A stretch of DNA of 64,000 nucleotides from a candidate division WS6 bacterium OLB20. Lineage in GTDB: Bacteria > Patescibacteriota > Dojkabacteria > B142 > OLB20. The notes beneath the pieces are model-generated. The model did not search any database, was not told the DNA's origin, and worked only from the letters and a program-made list of their open reading frames with translations. The DNA lies in NCBI GenBank assembly GCA_001567355.1, contig JYNZ01000003.1, positions 466,263 through 530,262 of the forward strand, read 5' to 3'. The position numbers and the translations under genes were made by a program. This document shows positions 1-8,045 of the stretch, piece by piece; the stretch's first letter is position 1; every line of letters begins with the position of its first letter.

Positions 1-271
1 AGTGACGCATCATGTCGCCAGACCCTCCTCCTCCGTCAATAAATGGTATCCGTTTATTGGGATTATTAAGTGACACAAATCCGAAGTACGGGATCAGCCT
101 CAGAGCTGAAGCACGGTTAAACTCCTCATCGGTAAAGTGCCATGACTCAAAATTACCGTCAAGCCCTGCAGCTTTTTCGGCGTTTGTGACAGCAACATCA
201 GGTCTGGGAGCGCCCTTGTGGTGCCTTGCATTCGGATCCTGATTGTACTGTTGCTGTGGCATTACACTCAT
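1..271 (-). CDS. Hypothetical protein, N-terminal part only; the gene runs off the window start
   Basis: Reverse-complementing 1-271 gives ATG (269-271 on the minus strand) and an open frame MSVMPQQQYNQDPNARHHKGAPRPDVAVTNAEKAAGLDGNFESWHF... reaching the window edge. The provided plus-strand ORF 12..242 is antisense to it. Confidence 0.35.
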   Translation of the reverse strand, partial: MSVMPQQQYNQDPNARHHKGAPRPDVAVTNAEKAAGLDGNFESWHFTDEEFNRASALRLIPYFGFVSLNNPNKRIPFIDGGGGSGDMMRH

Positions 272-458
272 CTTATATCATTATTATATACCTACTCTTA
301 TAGTAGCAAGTAACGTTCATATCGTCAAGTCGTATATAATTATACTATCAATTGGCAAAATAGCCAAAACCATTGCATTTACAGCTATTATATATTTGAC
401 TGCGTTCTATAACTTTGATAGAATTAGTATATAAAATTACTTGTTAGTTGTTTCTTAT

Positions 459-1052
459 ATGAAGGCAGGCATAATCGGCGTCAAATATGACGATGAATTA
501 TATCCTACCTATAAGCTAATTAAAGAGCTTATAGAAAAAAGCGGCAACAAAGTTGACTTCACCTACTTTGAGACCAGTGCCGAAGAGGACTACAAGGATC
601 TTGAAGGTACACACAAGCGCAACCAGAGTCTCCTTAAAACCAATGACTTTATCATTGCGGAGACGACAAACTACGGTAGCGGCATCGGATACCTTATAGC
701 ACAGGCTCTCAACGAAAAAAAACCCGTCCTTGCACTCTACAACCCCGAAAAGGGCGAGAAACCGTCAGCAATTATCAAAGAGTCAGCCAACAAATCAAGG
801 CTGCTGCATTTCTCCGAATATACCGATTCAACACTCGAAGGTGTCATCAAGACATTTCTGAGCGACCTGAAGAAGGTTATGGACACCAAATTTATCCTTA
901 TCATCTCTCCAGAGATCGAACGTTACCTTGAGTGGGTCTCCGATGAGCGCCGTATGCATAAAGCTCAGGTAGTCCGCCAGGCAGTTGAAGAGACGATCGA
1001 AAAAGATAAAGAGTACCAGGAGTACCTCAAAGGAGAATACGGGGAAGCTTAG
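459..1052 (+). CDS. Nucleoside 2-deoxyribosyltransferase-like (SLOG/Rossmann-like) protein with a helical C-terminal region
   Basis: ATG at 459 (the provided ORF starts at an upstream TTG). The N-terminus MKAGIIGVKYDD...FIIAETTNYGSGIGYLIAQALNEKKPVLALY resembles the deoxyribosyltransferase/DNPH1 fold. It sits in an AT-rich divergent promoter region spanning 272-458. Confidence 0.4.
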   Translation: MKAGIIGVKYDDELYPTYKLIKELIEKSGNKVDFTYFETSAEEDYKDLEGTHKRNQSLLKTNDFIIAETTNYGSGIGYLIAQALNEKKPVLALYNPEKGEKPSAIIKESANKSRLLHFSEYTDSTLEGVIKTFLSDLKKVMDTKFILIISPEIERYLEWVSDERRMHKAQVVRQAVEETIEKDKEYQEYLKGEYGEA

Positions 1053-1076
1053 ACAGCGTTACGGATCAGCTTTAAG

Positions 1077-1103
1077 AAACGGACCGCCTCGGGCGGTCCG
1101 TTT
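1077..1103. terminator. Bidirectional intrinsic terminator hairpin between convergent genes
   Basis: Perfect inverted repeat aaacggaccgcc-tcg-ggcggtccgttt between the stop of 459..1052 (+) and the stop of 1107..2408 (-). Confidence 0.6.
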
Positions 1104-1106
1104 GAT

Positions 1107-2408
1107 TTAAGACATAACGCCGATATCCTCCGGTATGTATTGCCGGAAGTTTTCCGGTGTGATGTGGAACTTTTCACCCTGCCCCATCACAACCTGCTTT
1201 GCCACTTTTCTGACAAGCCTTGTCAAGGTGCGCTCAAGCTCACGGATACCCGCATCAAAGCCGAGCGGGCGGATAACCAGCGGCCATACCTGATCATCAA
1301 ATGTGATCTGGTCGTCGTCCAGTCCGGACGTACTGAGCACTTTGGGCAGCAGATAGTCCCGTGCAATATGCATTTTTTCGTCATCGCTGTAACTGATCAT
1401 ACGCACGACCTCAAGACGGTCAAGAAGCGCGGCGCTGATCCCTCCCAGATTATTGGCTGTCGCTACAAAGATGACATTGGACAAGTCTACGGGGTAATCA
1501 ATAAAATTATCACGAAATGTTGAATTCTGCTCGGGGTCAAGGATCTCAAGCAGTGCTGCCATGACATCCGCACGCGATGACTCGGAGATCTTGTCGATCT
1601 CATCCATCAGGATCATCGGATTCATGACCTCGGTACGTATCAGCGCCTTGATTACCTGACCCGGTTCTGCATCAGGCTCGCCGCGGGATCGGCCGCGCAG
1701 CTCTGTGACACCGGCAAGACCGCCAAGCGAGATACGTACAAATTTACGCCCCAGAGCAGTTGCGATAGACTTTGCAATCGAGGTTTTACCGATACCCTGG
1801 ATACCTACAAGCGCAAGGATGGGCGCATGTGACGAGCTTCCCTGCAGTCTCGCCATCTCCTCAGGGGTACCTGCACCCTGCTGTGCCTCCTCGGCGTCTT
1901 TTTTCAGGCGCAGATTAAGCATAGCGACGTACTCAAGCATGCGCTCCTTGATGTTCTCAACACCGAAGTGCGTCTTATCAAGCTGCGCCTTGACGTGTGT
2001 CAGGTCAAGATTGTCCTCTGTGTATTTACCCCAGGGGATTGAAGTGATTGTGGAAACGTACTTTTCGACAGATTCATACTCCTTTGAAAACGATCCGTAG
2101 CGCGCCATTTTCTGCAGTCGCTTGACCATACCCATTCCTTTTTCACGCAGCTCCTCCGGCAGCAGTGAGTTCTGCAGCTTGCCGGCAAGCATATTGACCT
2201 CTTCAATCTCACTGACAAATTCCTGCTCCTGGGGTTCTGGTACCAGTACAGGTGCTGACGCCGGCTGCTGCTGCACCTGAGCCGGCTGGACGACCTGTGA
2301 CTGCTGCACTGGCGCTGCAGGTGGGACCGGTTGCGAGGCAGTACTGTCCGGCAGCTCGCGCGGCGTGTCATATCCTGATTGGGGTGTTACTGGTTGAGCA
2401 GACTGCAT
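1107..2408 (-). CDS. Lon-like AAA+ ATPase lacking the protease domain, with a Pro/Gln-rich N-terminus
   Basis: Walker A GIQGIGKTS and the Lon-specific stretch GRKFVRISLGG...RGRSRGEPDAEPG...MILMDEIDK...LLEILDPEQNSTFRDNFIDYPVDLSNVIFVATANN...LLDRLEVV match Lon's AAA+ module. The ORF ends right after the alpha-helical lid, with no Ser-Lys protease domain. The first ~60 aa are low-complexity P/Q-rich. Confidence 0.7.
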   Translation of the reverse strand: MQSAQPVTPQSGYDTPRELPDSTASQPVPPAAPVQQSQVVQPAQVQQQPASAPVLVPEPQEQEFVSEIEEVNMLAGKLQNSLLPEELREKGMGMVKRLQKMARYGSFSKEYESVEKYVSTITSIPWGKYTEDNLDLTHVKAQLDKTHFGVENIKERMLEYVAMLNLRLKKDAEEAQQGAGTPEEMARLQGSSSHAPILALVGIQGIGKTSIAKSIATALGRKFVRISLGGLAGVTELRGRSRGEPDAEPGQVIKALIRTEVMNPMILMDEIDKISESSRADVMAALLEILDPEQNSTFRDNFIDYPVDLSNVIFVATANNLGGISAALLDRLEVVRMISYSDDEKMHIARDYLLPKVLSTSGLDDDQITFDDQVWPLVIRPLGFDAGIRELERTLTRLVRKVAKQVVMGQGEKFHITPENFRQYIPEDIGVMS

Positions 2409-2416
2409 CAGTGCAA

Positions 2417-2450
2417 CAAAAAAGCCATATACATCAGTATATGGCTTTTC
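2417..2450 (-). terminator. Intrinsic terminator downstream of rplY
   Basis: Minus-strand hairpin gaaaagccatata-ctgatg-tatatggcttttt followed by a T-run, directly 3' of rplY. Confidence 0.55.
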
Positions 2451-2468
2451 GTGTTATCTAACAAACTC

Positions 2469-3131
2469 TTACTCCTCTTCTTGTTTCGGCTTATCCTCTC
2501 CTTCTTCTCCCTCGGGCTTCTCTTCACCCTCGGCTGACTCGCCCTCTTCACCTTCGACCGGTTCATCCTCAAGCGCCTTCTGCGGAGCAGAGATATAAAC
2601 AACAGGGATGCTCAGATTTTCGTCATCCCACAGTTCAACGCGCTCCGGCAGTTTAATATCTGCAAGAGTTACCGAGTCACCGATGTTTGCAAGCTGCTCA
2701 ACAGAGACAACAATCTCTGAAGGCAGATCAGCAGGCAGACAGTGAACAGTGATTTCGTCAATCTCATTTACAAGCAGACCGACATTGTTTTTAACTGCAG
2801 GTGATGTGCCTGTCAGAACAACAGGAATATCTGCAGTAATCGGCTTGGTCATGTCGACCTGATACAGTGACACATTAAGGATCTCGCCTGACAGCGGATC
2901 ATACTGCATCTCTTTGACAAGCACTCTGCCGGCACCTTTGTCGTCGATGGTAAGGTCGATAAGGTTTGAAAAGCCGACCTTATCGAAGAGCTTTGTAAAG
3001 GCTTTGCGCTCAATGCTCACATTTACAGGCTCAATCTTGGGGCCGTATACGGAAGCCGGGATGCCGCCCTGTGCGCGGACCTCTCTGGCCTTTCTTCCCG
3101 TCTGCTGACGGGTTGTTACATTCAGTTTCAT
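2469..3131 (-). CDS. rplY: 50S ribosomal protein L25 / general stress protein Ctc
   Basis: N-terminus MKLNVTTRQQTGRKAREVRAQGGIPASVYG is typical of L25/Ctc, and a Ctc-type acidic C-terminal tail (EGEEGESAEGEE...) is present. Confidence 0.85.
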   Translation of the reverse strand: MKLNVTTRQQTGRKAREVRAQGGIPASVYGPKIEPVNVSIERKAFTKLFDKVGFSNLIDLTIDDKGAGRVLVKEMQYDPLSGEILNVSLYQVDMTKPITADIPVVLTGTSPAVKNNVGLLVNEIDEITVHCLPADLPSEIVVSVEQLANIGDSVTLADIKLPERVELWDDENLSIPVVYISAPQKALEDEPVEGEEGESAEGEEKPEGEEGEDKPKQEEE

Positions 3132-3157
3132 ACGATCTGACTAATGAAGTATAAAAA

Positions 3158-3650
3158 TCAAACAGCGTCTGCCACTCTGATCACAATCCGGCGGTCTTCA
3201 CCCTCACCGGTGCTCTCACTGACAATACCCTGTTCTTGTTTCAACGCCATGTGAACCACACGGCGTTCTGATGGTTTCATAGGCTGCAGTTCCATCTCCT
3301 GACCGCTCTCGCGGACCTGATCTGCTGCACGCAGTGCATAGGAGCGCAGGTATTTTTTCGCGGCTCTCGCGGTAGTCGTTGATCTCAACCAGTACACGAA
3401 GATTCTCTTCGGTATCCAGTTTTTTGACAAGCATCATTCCCAGAATGATCTGCAGTGACTCAAGATTGCGACCATGATGGCCGATCAGCTCGTTAAGATT
3501 ATCGCCCTCAAGCTTTACGCCAACATACCTGATGCCGCGCTCTGTATCAGAATCACTGAAGTCAACAGCAATATCAGCATCCAGTCCGAGCTGTGTGAGC
3601 AGCTCTTCGGTCAATTGTCTGGCAGTACTTAAAATATCACCGTCACTCAT
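3158..3650 (-). CDS. jag: Jag/KhpB RNA-binding protein (Jag_N + KH + R3H), frameshifted at an A6 run
   Basis: ORF 3216..3695 carries the Jag N-terminus and KH region (MSDGDILSTARQLTEELLTQLGLDADIAVDF...). ORF 3158..3430 in another frame carries the R3H domain (RRVVHMALKQEQGIVSESTGEGEDRRIVI). The junction is at the homopolymer 3352-3357. The start MSDGDIL at 3650 sits 7 nt after the yidC stop. Confidence 0.65.
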
Positions 3651-4932
3651 TATCTTTGGGTGTTGAAGATGTAAAACGCGCAAAAACTTTATCACGATTG
3701 GTGATAAGCTGCTCGATTATAACAAAAGCGCTCTGCCCAGTCCAGAAGAGGCTTACTCCTGCAGGAAAGATACTCCCCCCGCCCAGAAACCCAAGCGACA
3801 TGAGGGTTGTCAGTACCGGAAAGATAAACATCATTGATTGTGTTGAGCTCTGCATCATCTCAGCAAAATCTGGTTCTTCAGGCTCTTCCTTTTTATCTTT
3901 TTTGTCCTTTTTCTTTTTAGATTTAGAGTCCTCCTCTTTATCCGGCTGCTTATTGAGAGACGAAAAGCCCATCTGAATGCGCGAGGCAAAGAACTGTGTA
4001 ACGCCCACGCCGACTGCAATTACTACGTAGGGAGCAACAGCAGCCGGATTGGAAAAACCGATATCGGTTGCGACCAGTGACAGGTCGGCTCCGATAAATT
4101 CGAAGTTGAGCGATGTTCCCTGCGTGTAGGATACACGGTCTGCAGGTACTTCTTCGCCATCAAGCAGAACCTGCAGCGAACTGTAATCAATCGTCTCCTG
4201 CGATGGAGGACGGACAAATGCTTTGATCTGGGTTACATCACCTCCGACAACAGGATCAGGTGTAAACTCAGGAATGTACACGGCAATATTTGCCTGCCGC
4301 CAGGACGCCGTGAGGCGGTCAAGATTGGCCCGCTCTTCCTCGTTCAGATTTGCCTCCCGGTCGCGCAGTTCATTCAGCAGTGTTGACCGGGTGCCATCGT
4401 CAGATGCGCGGACAAAATCAATCACATACTCCACCCGGGCTCCGTCACTTGCCTGCAAAACATAGGTCAGGCTGTGCTGACCGTCCTCAAATCCCTCGGG
4501 CAGCGTGACCGATACCGAATCCTCCGGCAGCTTGAGCGATTCGGCATATGCTACCTGATTAAACGCATGCACACCCTGGTTTACAAGGTTGATGACCACG
4601 TTCCTGACCTGGATAAGCAGCACGATCACAATAATCAGATTAAGACAGCCCATAAGCTGTCCGGGCAGGTACTCTGCCTGCAGCTTGGCCATCTCCTTAG
4701 CCAGTGTCTCCTGATCGTTTTTGTACTTTTTGCGGACATCCTTTGTACGTTCCTGAAATTCACGGTTTTTTTCTGCCGAGTTGATCTGCCTGCGTGTAAG
4801 CGGATACGTGACCAGCTTTGCAACAAGAGCTACAGCCAGAATGGCCAGTCCGAGATTTTCGGACAACAGCTGATACAGCACCATCAGGATGTTGAATATC
4901 GGGACGTAGAAGAAGTTGTGAAAAATATCCAT
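3643..4932 (-). CDS. yidC: Membrane protein insertase YidC/Oxa1 family with a long Lys/Asp/Glu-rich insertion
   Basis: Typical YidC start MDIFHNFFYVPIFNILMVLYQ, multiple TM segments, and a position immediately upstream of jag. Confidence 0.85.
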   Translation of the reverse strand: MDIFHNFFYVPIFNILMVLYQLLSENLGLAILAVALVAKLVTYPLTRRQINSAEKNREFQERTKDVRKKYKNDQETLAKEMAKLQAEYLPGQLMGCLNLIIVIVLLIQVRNVVINLVNQGVHAFNQVAYAESLKLPEDSVSVTLPEGFEDGQHSLTYVLQASDGARVEYVIDFVRASDDGTRSTLLNELRDREANLNEEERANLDRLTASWRQANIAVYIPEFTPDPVVGGDVTQIKAFVRPPSQETIDYSSLQVLLDGEEVPADRVSYTQGTSLNFEFIGADLSLVATDIGFSNPAAVAPYVVIAVGVGVTQFFASRIQMGFSSLNKQPDKEEDSKSKKKKDKKDKKEEPEEPDFAEMMQSSTQSMMFIFPVLTTLMSLGFLGGGSIFPAGVSLFWTGQSAFVIIEQLITNRDKVFARFTSSTPKDNE

Positions 4933-4979
4933 GTGATTTCAGGGAAAATAACGTTAGATTCTACCAGAACGGGCGCTGC

Positions 4980-5348
4980 TTACGACAACCGTTTCTGCAT
5001 TTCCAGTGCTTTATTGGTTACATCAAGTAATGCGTCAAGATTACCCTGACTGAGTAACTCTCCGATCTTTTTGTCTACTGCAGCCTGAAGCTTGCGTTCA
5101 TACTCGATCATTATCGGCATGACTGCTGTGCTCAGCTCTTCAAAGTGGTCATCCAGAGTCGGCAGAACCTCGATCAGCTGCTGATAGTTTATTCCCTCAG
5201 GCAGTTTTTCCAGTACCAGCTCTGCAATCTGACGGGCACGCGCCTCACTCATCGATCCATCTTTAACCCGTGCGGTAATAATGCTCACAATCGACTGCTG
5301 TACGCGTGAGCGCAGTTCTTCCGCCTTGTTCTGCTGTGCTTCATCCAT
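4980..5348 (-). CDS. Hypothetical small alpha-helical protein
   Basis: ORF only; no recognised motif. Confidence 0.35.
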   Translation of the reverse strand: MDEAQQNKAEELRSRVQQSIVSIITARVKDGSMSEARARQIAELVLEKLPEGINYQQLIEVLPTLDDHFEELSTAVMPIMIEYERKLQAAVDKKIGELLSQGNLDALLDVTNKALEMQKRLS

Positions 5349-5350
5349 GA

Positions 5351-5698
5351 TCAGACTGACTCTCTGCCCGGAACAAGTGACTCCTCGAGCTCATCAACAT
5401 TTCTGTAAATTAATGCAAGTGCTTTCATGATCTCCTTGACGTTGACCTCGTTGTACTCGATCAGCTTCTGTGTGTGATCGACTGCCCGCTGCACACGTTC
5501 AAGACGCTCGTCACGCTGCTCAAGCGAGCGCTGCAGATGGTCCACCTGCTCGGCAAGAAGTTTACCCTGGTTAATACCAAGCTCGCGGCGCAACTCTTCC
5601 ATTGTCCTGCGGATATCCCTCATTGTCGGCCAGATCTCATCCCACTGACGCTTCAGCTCCTGAAACTCACTGACCATACGTTCTAGTTTTGGATCCAT
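5351..5698 (-). CDS. Hypothetical coiled-coil protein
   Basis: ORF only; heptad-like charged pattern; separated from the preceding gene by 2 nt. Confidence 0.35.
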   Translation of the reverse strand: MDPKLERMVSEFQELKRQWDEIWPTMRDIRRTMEELRRELGINQGKLLAEQVDHLQRSLEQRDERLERVQRAVDHTQKLIEYNEVNVKEIMKALALIYRNVDELEESLVPGRESV

Positions 5699-5718
5699 AT
5701 CTGATTGTACAGCACCGG

Positions 5719-6630
5719 TTAATTATTCTCCACGCTGCTTTGCCAGCAGAGCGAGCGCCTGATCAACACAACGGTTTTTGTCTGTCCCGGTCGTGGCACA
5801 AAACCGCAGGCGCCACGATGTCCCCCGCTCGATGCAGGATTCATCTCCTCTGCAACAGCGAGAAGGTTGTAATCAAATGCATCATCGTTAAAACTGTTAC
5901 TGTAGAACGTCACCTTAAAGCCTTCACGCTCGGGTTTAAATACCATCAGTGCATCCAGATCCGGATACAGTGAGGTGAATTCAAAACTGCTGGTGCGAAC
6001 ATCCTCTGCAAAGTTCTGCATGTCGATGACACCGATGCCGTCATGAATTTTCAGGTTTGAGTGGATATAATCCGCAATGCGGTCTGCCGCCTCCTGCGCC
6101 CGTACCAGTTTCTGCTGCACCAGTTCGTGCTGCCAGACAAAATCCCAGCTGCGGACAGCCAGCAGTTCGATCAGCAGATGGTTGAATGCACGGTCGTCAC
6201 GGCTGATTACGAGTCCAAGCCGCATTACCTCTGAGGGCTGTCTGTATTCCGCAAGGGTAAACAGAGCCGAATCGAGCTTGCTCACCTCGGGGATAAGGGG
6301 TGAAAACGCGGACAGATCAAAATCGTTCCGGAAGAAATTATAGACGACTTCTGCCGCGCTTGGTGCAGGCTGCCACGACCCGGCAAAATCCGAATGCTCC
6401 GGCCTGTTGCTTTCGTGGTGGTCAAAGTACATGCCGCAGCCTTCAACATATGCAAGATCAGCAATAACTGTCCCCCCGTTTACCGCGTCGTCATATCTGC
6501 CAAGCTGCATGCCAGTCGGGTCACCAATGATGATCTGCGCATCCGGAAAAACAATCCGCAACATTGCGCCACTTACAATCCCGTCGAGATCGCTGTCAGT
6601 AAGGATTTTTGTAATCTGTGGAAGCTGCAT
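5719..6630 (-). CDS. DHH/DHHA1 phosphoesterase (NrnA-like oligoribonuclease/pAp phosphatase family)
   Basis: DHH motif in AYVEGCGMYFDHHESN, the N-terminal DxD of ILTDSDLDG, and the DHHA1 GGGH motif in SSGGHRGACGF. The start is chosen at MQLPQITK (ATG at 6630). Confidence 0.65.
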   Translation of the reverse strand: MQLPQITKILTDSDLDGIVSGAMLRIVFPDAQIIIGDPTGMQLGRYDDAVNGGTVIADLAYVEGCGMYFDHHESNRPEHSDFAGSWQPAPSAAEVVYNFFRNDFDLSAFSPLIPEVSKLDSALFTLAEYRQPSEVMRLGLVISRDDRAFNHLLIELLAVRSWDFVWQHELVQQKLVRAQEAADRIADYIHSNLKIHDGIGVIDMQNFAEDVRTSSFEFTSLYPDLDALMVFKPEREGFKVTFYSNSFNDDAFDYNLLAVAEEMNPASSGGHRGACGFVPRPGQTKTVVLIRRSLCWQSSVENN

Positions 6631-6652
6631 CAGTGACTGATTATACCACTGC

Positions 6653-7192
6653 TTACGACCGGCCTGCCTGGAGTACTCGCGCTTTTTGCACGAGAGCATC
6701 CCATGCCTTTGCAATCTCGGTCTCTACCTGCTCATCGGCGAGGCCGCCTTTGCTGTCAAAGAGTTCAGGGGCAACAGCGAAATGAACATCCCGGGCACTG
6801 ATGTACATATCAAGCGTCCGCAGCACAGGCAGGAGAGCTTCGATTACACGGGTACCTCCCCAGCGTCCGTCAGAGACACCTGCAATTGCCACAGGTTTCA
6901 TTGCGTAAAGCTCTCGCCCTTCGCTGTCCAGCATGCGCTTGATCGAAGGAGGAAAGCTGTGGTTATACTCCGGCGTGACAATAAACAGACCGTCAGCACG
7001 AGCCAGGATGTCAGAATAGACAGGATCACGGAATGTCTTGCCGTCATCAGGCAGGTTTAGCTCACGCGGATCTACAAGCTGCGTCTCCAGCCCGGGCATA
7101 GTCTGACCGTGAGCCAGAACTGCGGCCGCCGCCCGTTCGGACAGTCTGCCATCGCGCGTTGTGCCAAGAAGTACGGGGATAAACAGACTCAT
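6653..7192 (-). CDS. NADPH-dependent FMN reductase family flavoprotein
   Basis: GTTRDGRLSE...FIVTPEYNHSFPPSIK matches the NADPH-dependent FMN reductase signature (TPEYN). Confidence 0.7.
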   Translation of the reverse strand: MSLFIPVLLGTTRDGRLSERAAAAVLAHGQTMPGLETQLVDPRELNLPDDGKTFRDPVYSDILARADGLFIVTPEYNHSFPPSIKRMLDSEGRELYAMKPVAIAGVSDGRWGGTRVIEALLPVLRTLDMYISARDVHFAVAPELFDSKGGLADEQVETEIAKAWDALVQKARVLQAGRS

Positions 7193-7959
7193 CGTCCCTG
7201 AATTGGTTCAATAAACTGAATACTGGCCAGCATCAGATCGATTGTTTCCTGATTCTCAGCCAGGGTTGTGCCACCGCTCATTATCACAAACTCTCTGCCA
7301 AACAGACCGTAGAAGATATGCTCTGACGTACCGGTGGCGACTCTGCGGATAGTTGCACGCTTGGTGGGTTTATCTATCAGCAGCGACTCCCGTACATCAC
7401 CGATCAGCAGATCCTTGCTGTCGCCTGCTTTAACGGGATCAGTCTCTACCCTGTCCAGATATGCATTATAGTCCTCCTGCGGGAACGCAAGTACAGACTC
7501 TGATTCACTGTCATCAAGAAACGGGGCGAAGATTACCAGCGTTCCCTCATAGTCATCAAATGTGTCAAAGCCGGTATTTGGTATTGTACGGAAGCTCCCG
7601 CATGCACCGAGATCGCCCCGCTTACCGGGGTACCAGTCGGACGGAACCTTTATCCTGATATTGCAGTCAGAGAGCACGTACGTTGACCAGCCATCGTAGG
7701 CATCGGGATCGGTTGTGGCTGTGGGAGTAACCGTGCCCGTCACAGTAGTCGTTACAAGCGGAGTCGGTGTCGGACTGGGTGTGGGAGTCGGAGTGACAGT
7801 ACCCTGAAGACTTGAGCGCAGACTGAAGCCGACCATAAAACCGCATGCCAGAAAAGCACATCCGAACAGAACAACCCCTCCCAGCATCAGCTTGAATCTG
7901 TCAGCTTTTCGTGAAGTTGTCACAGTTTGTCCTTCGCCAGCCATACTCAACGATACCAC
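7189..7959 (-). CDS. Membrane-anchored secreted protein with a Pro-Thr linker
   Basis: N-terminal TM helix, then a TPTPSPTPTP linker and a globular C-terminus. Confidence 0.45.
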   Translation of the reverse strand: MVSLSMAGEGQTVTTSRKADRFKLMLGGVVLFGCAFLACGFMVGFSLRSSLQGTVTPTPTPSPTPTPLVTTTVTGTVTPTATTDPDAYDGWSTYVLSDCNIRIKVPSDWYPGKRGDLGACGSFRTIPNTGFDTFDDYEGTLVIFAPFLDDSESESVLAFPQEDYNAYLDRVETDPVKAGDSKDLLIGDVRESLLIDKPTKRATIRRVATGTSEHIFYGLFGREFVIMSGGTTLAENQETIDLMLASIQFIEPIQGR

Positions 7960-8045
7960 AGGTGTATCTGCGTGTCAGCAGATGCATTCTTTATTGCAAA
8001 ACATGCCGGTAGTTGGCACAATGTGATAATTCAACCGTCAACGTT

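Noticed and set aside
12-242. Plus-strand 76-aa ORF at the window start
   Set aside because: Low-complexity sequence, antisense to a better minus-strand ORF (1..271) that begins with ATG and continues to the window edge.
243-434. 63-aa ORF in the AT-rich spacer
   Set aside because: Lies in an obvious AT-rich divergent promoter region; hydrophobic junk translation; no RBS context.
1140-2371. ORFs 1140..1523 (+), 1705..2100 (+), 2000..2371 (-) and 2252..2461 (+)
   Set aside because: All are alternative-frame or antisense readings inside the well-supported Lon-like ATPase gene.
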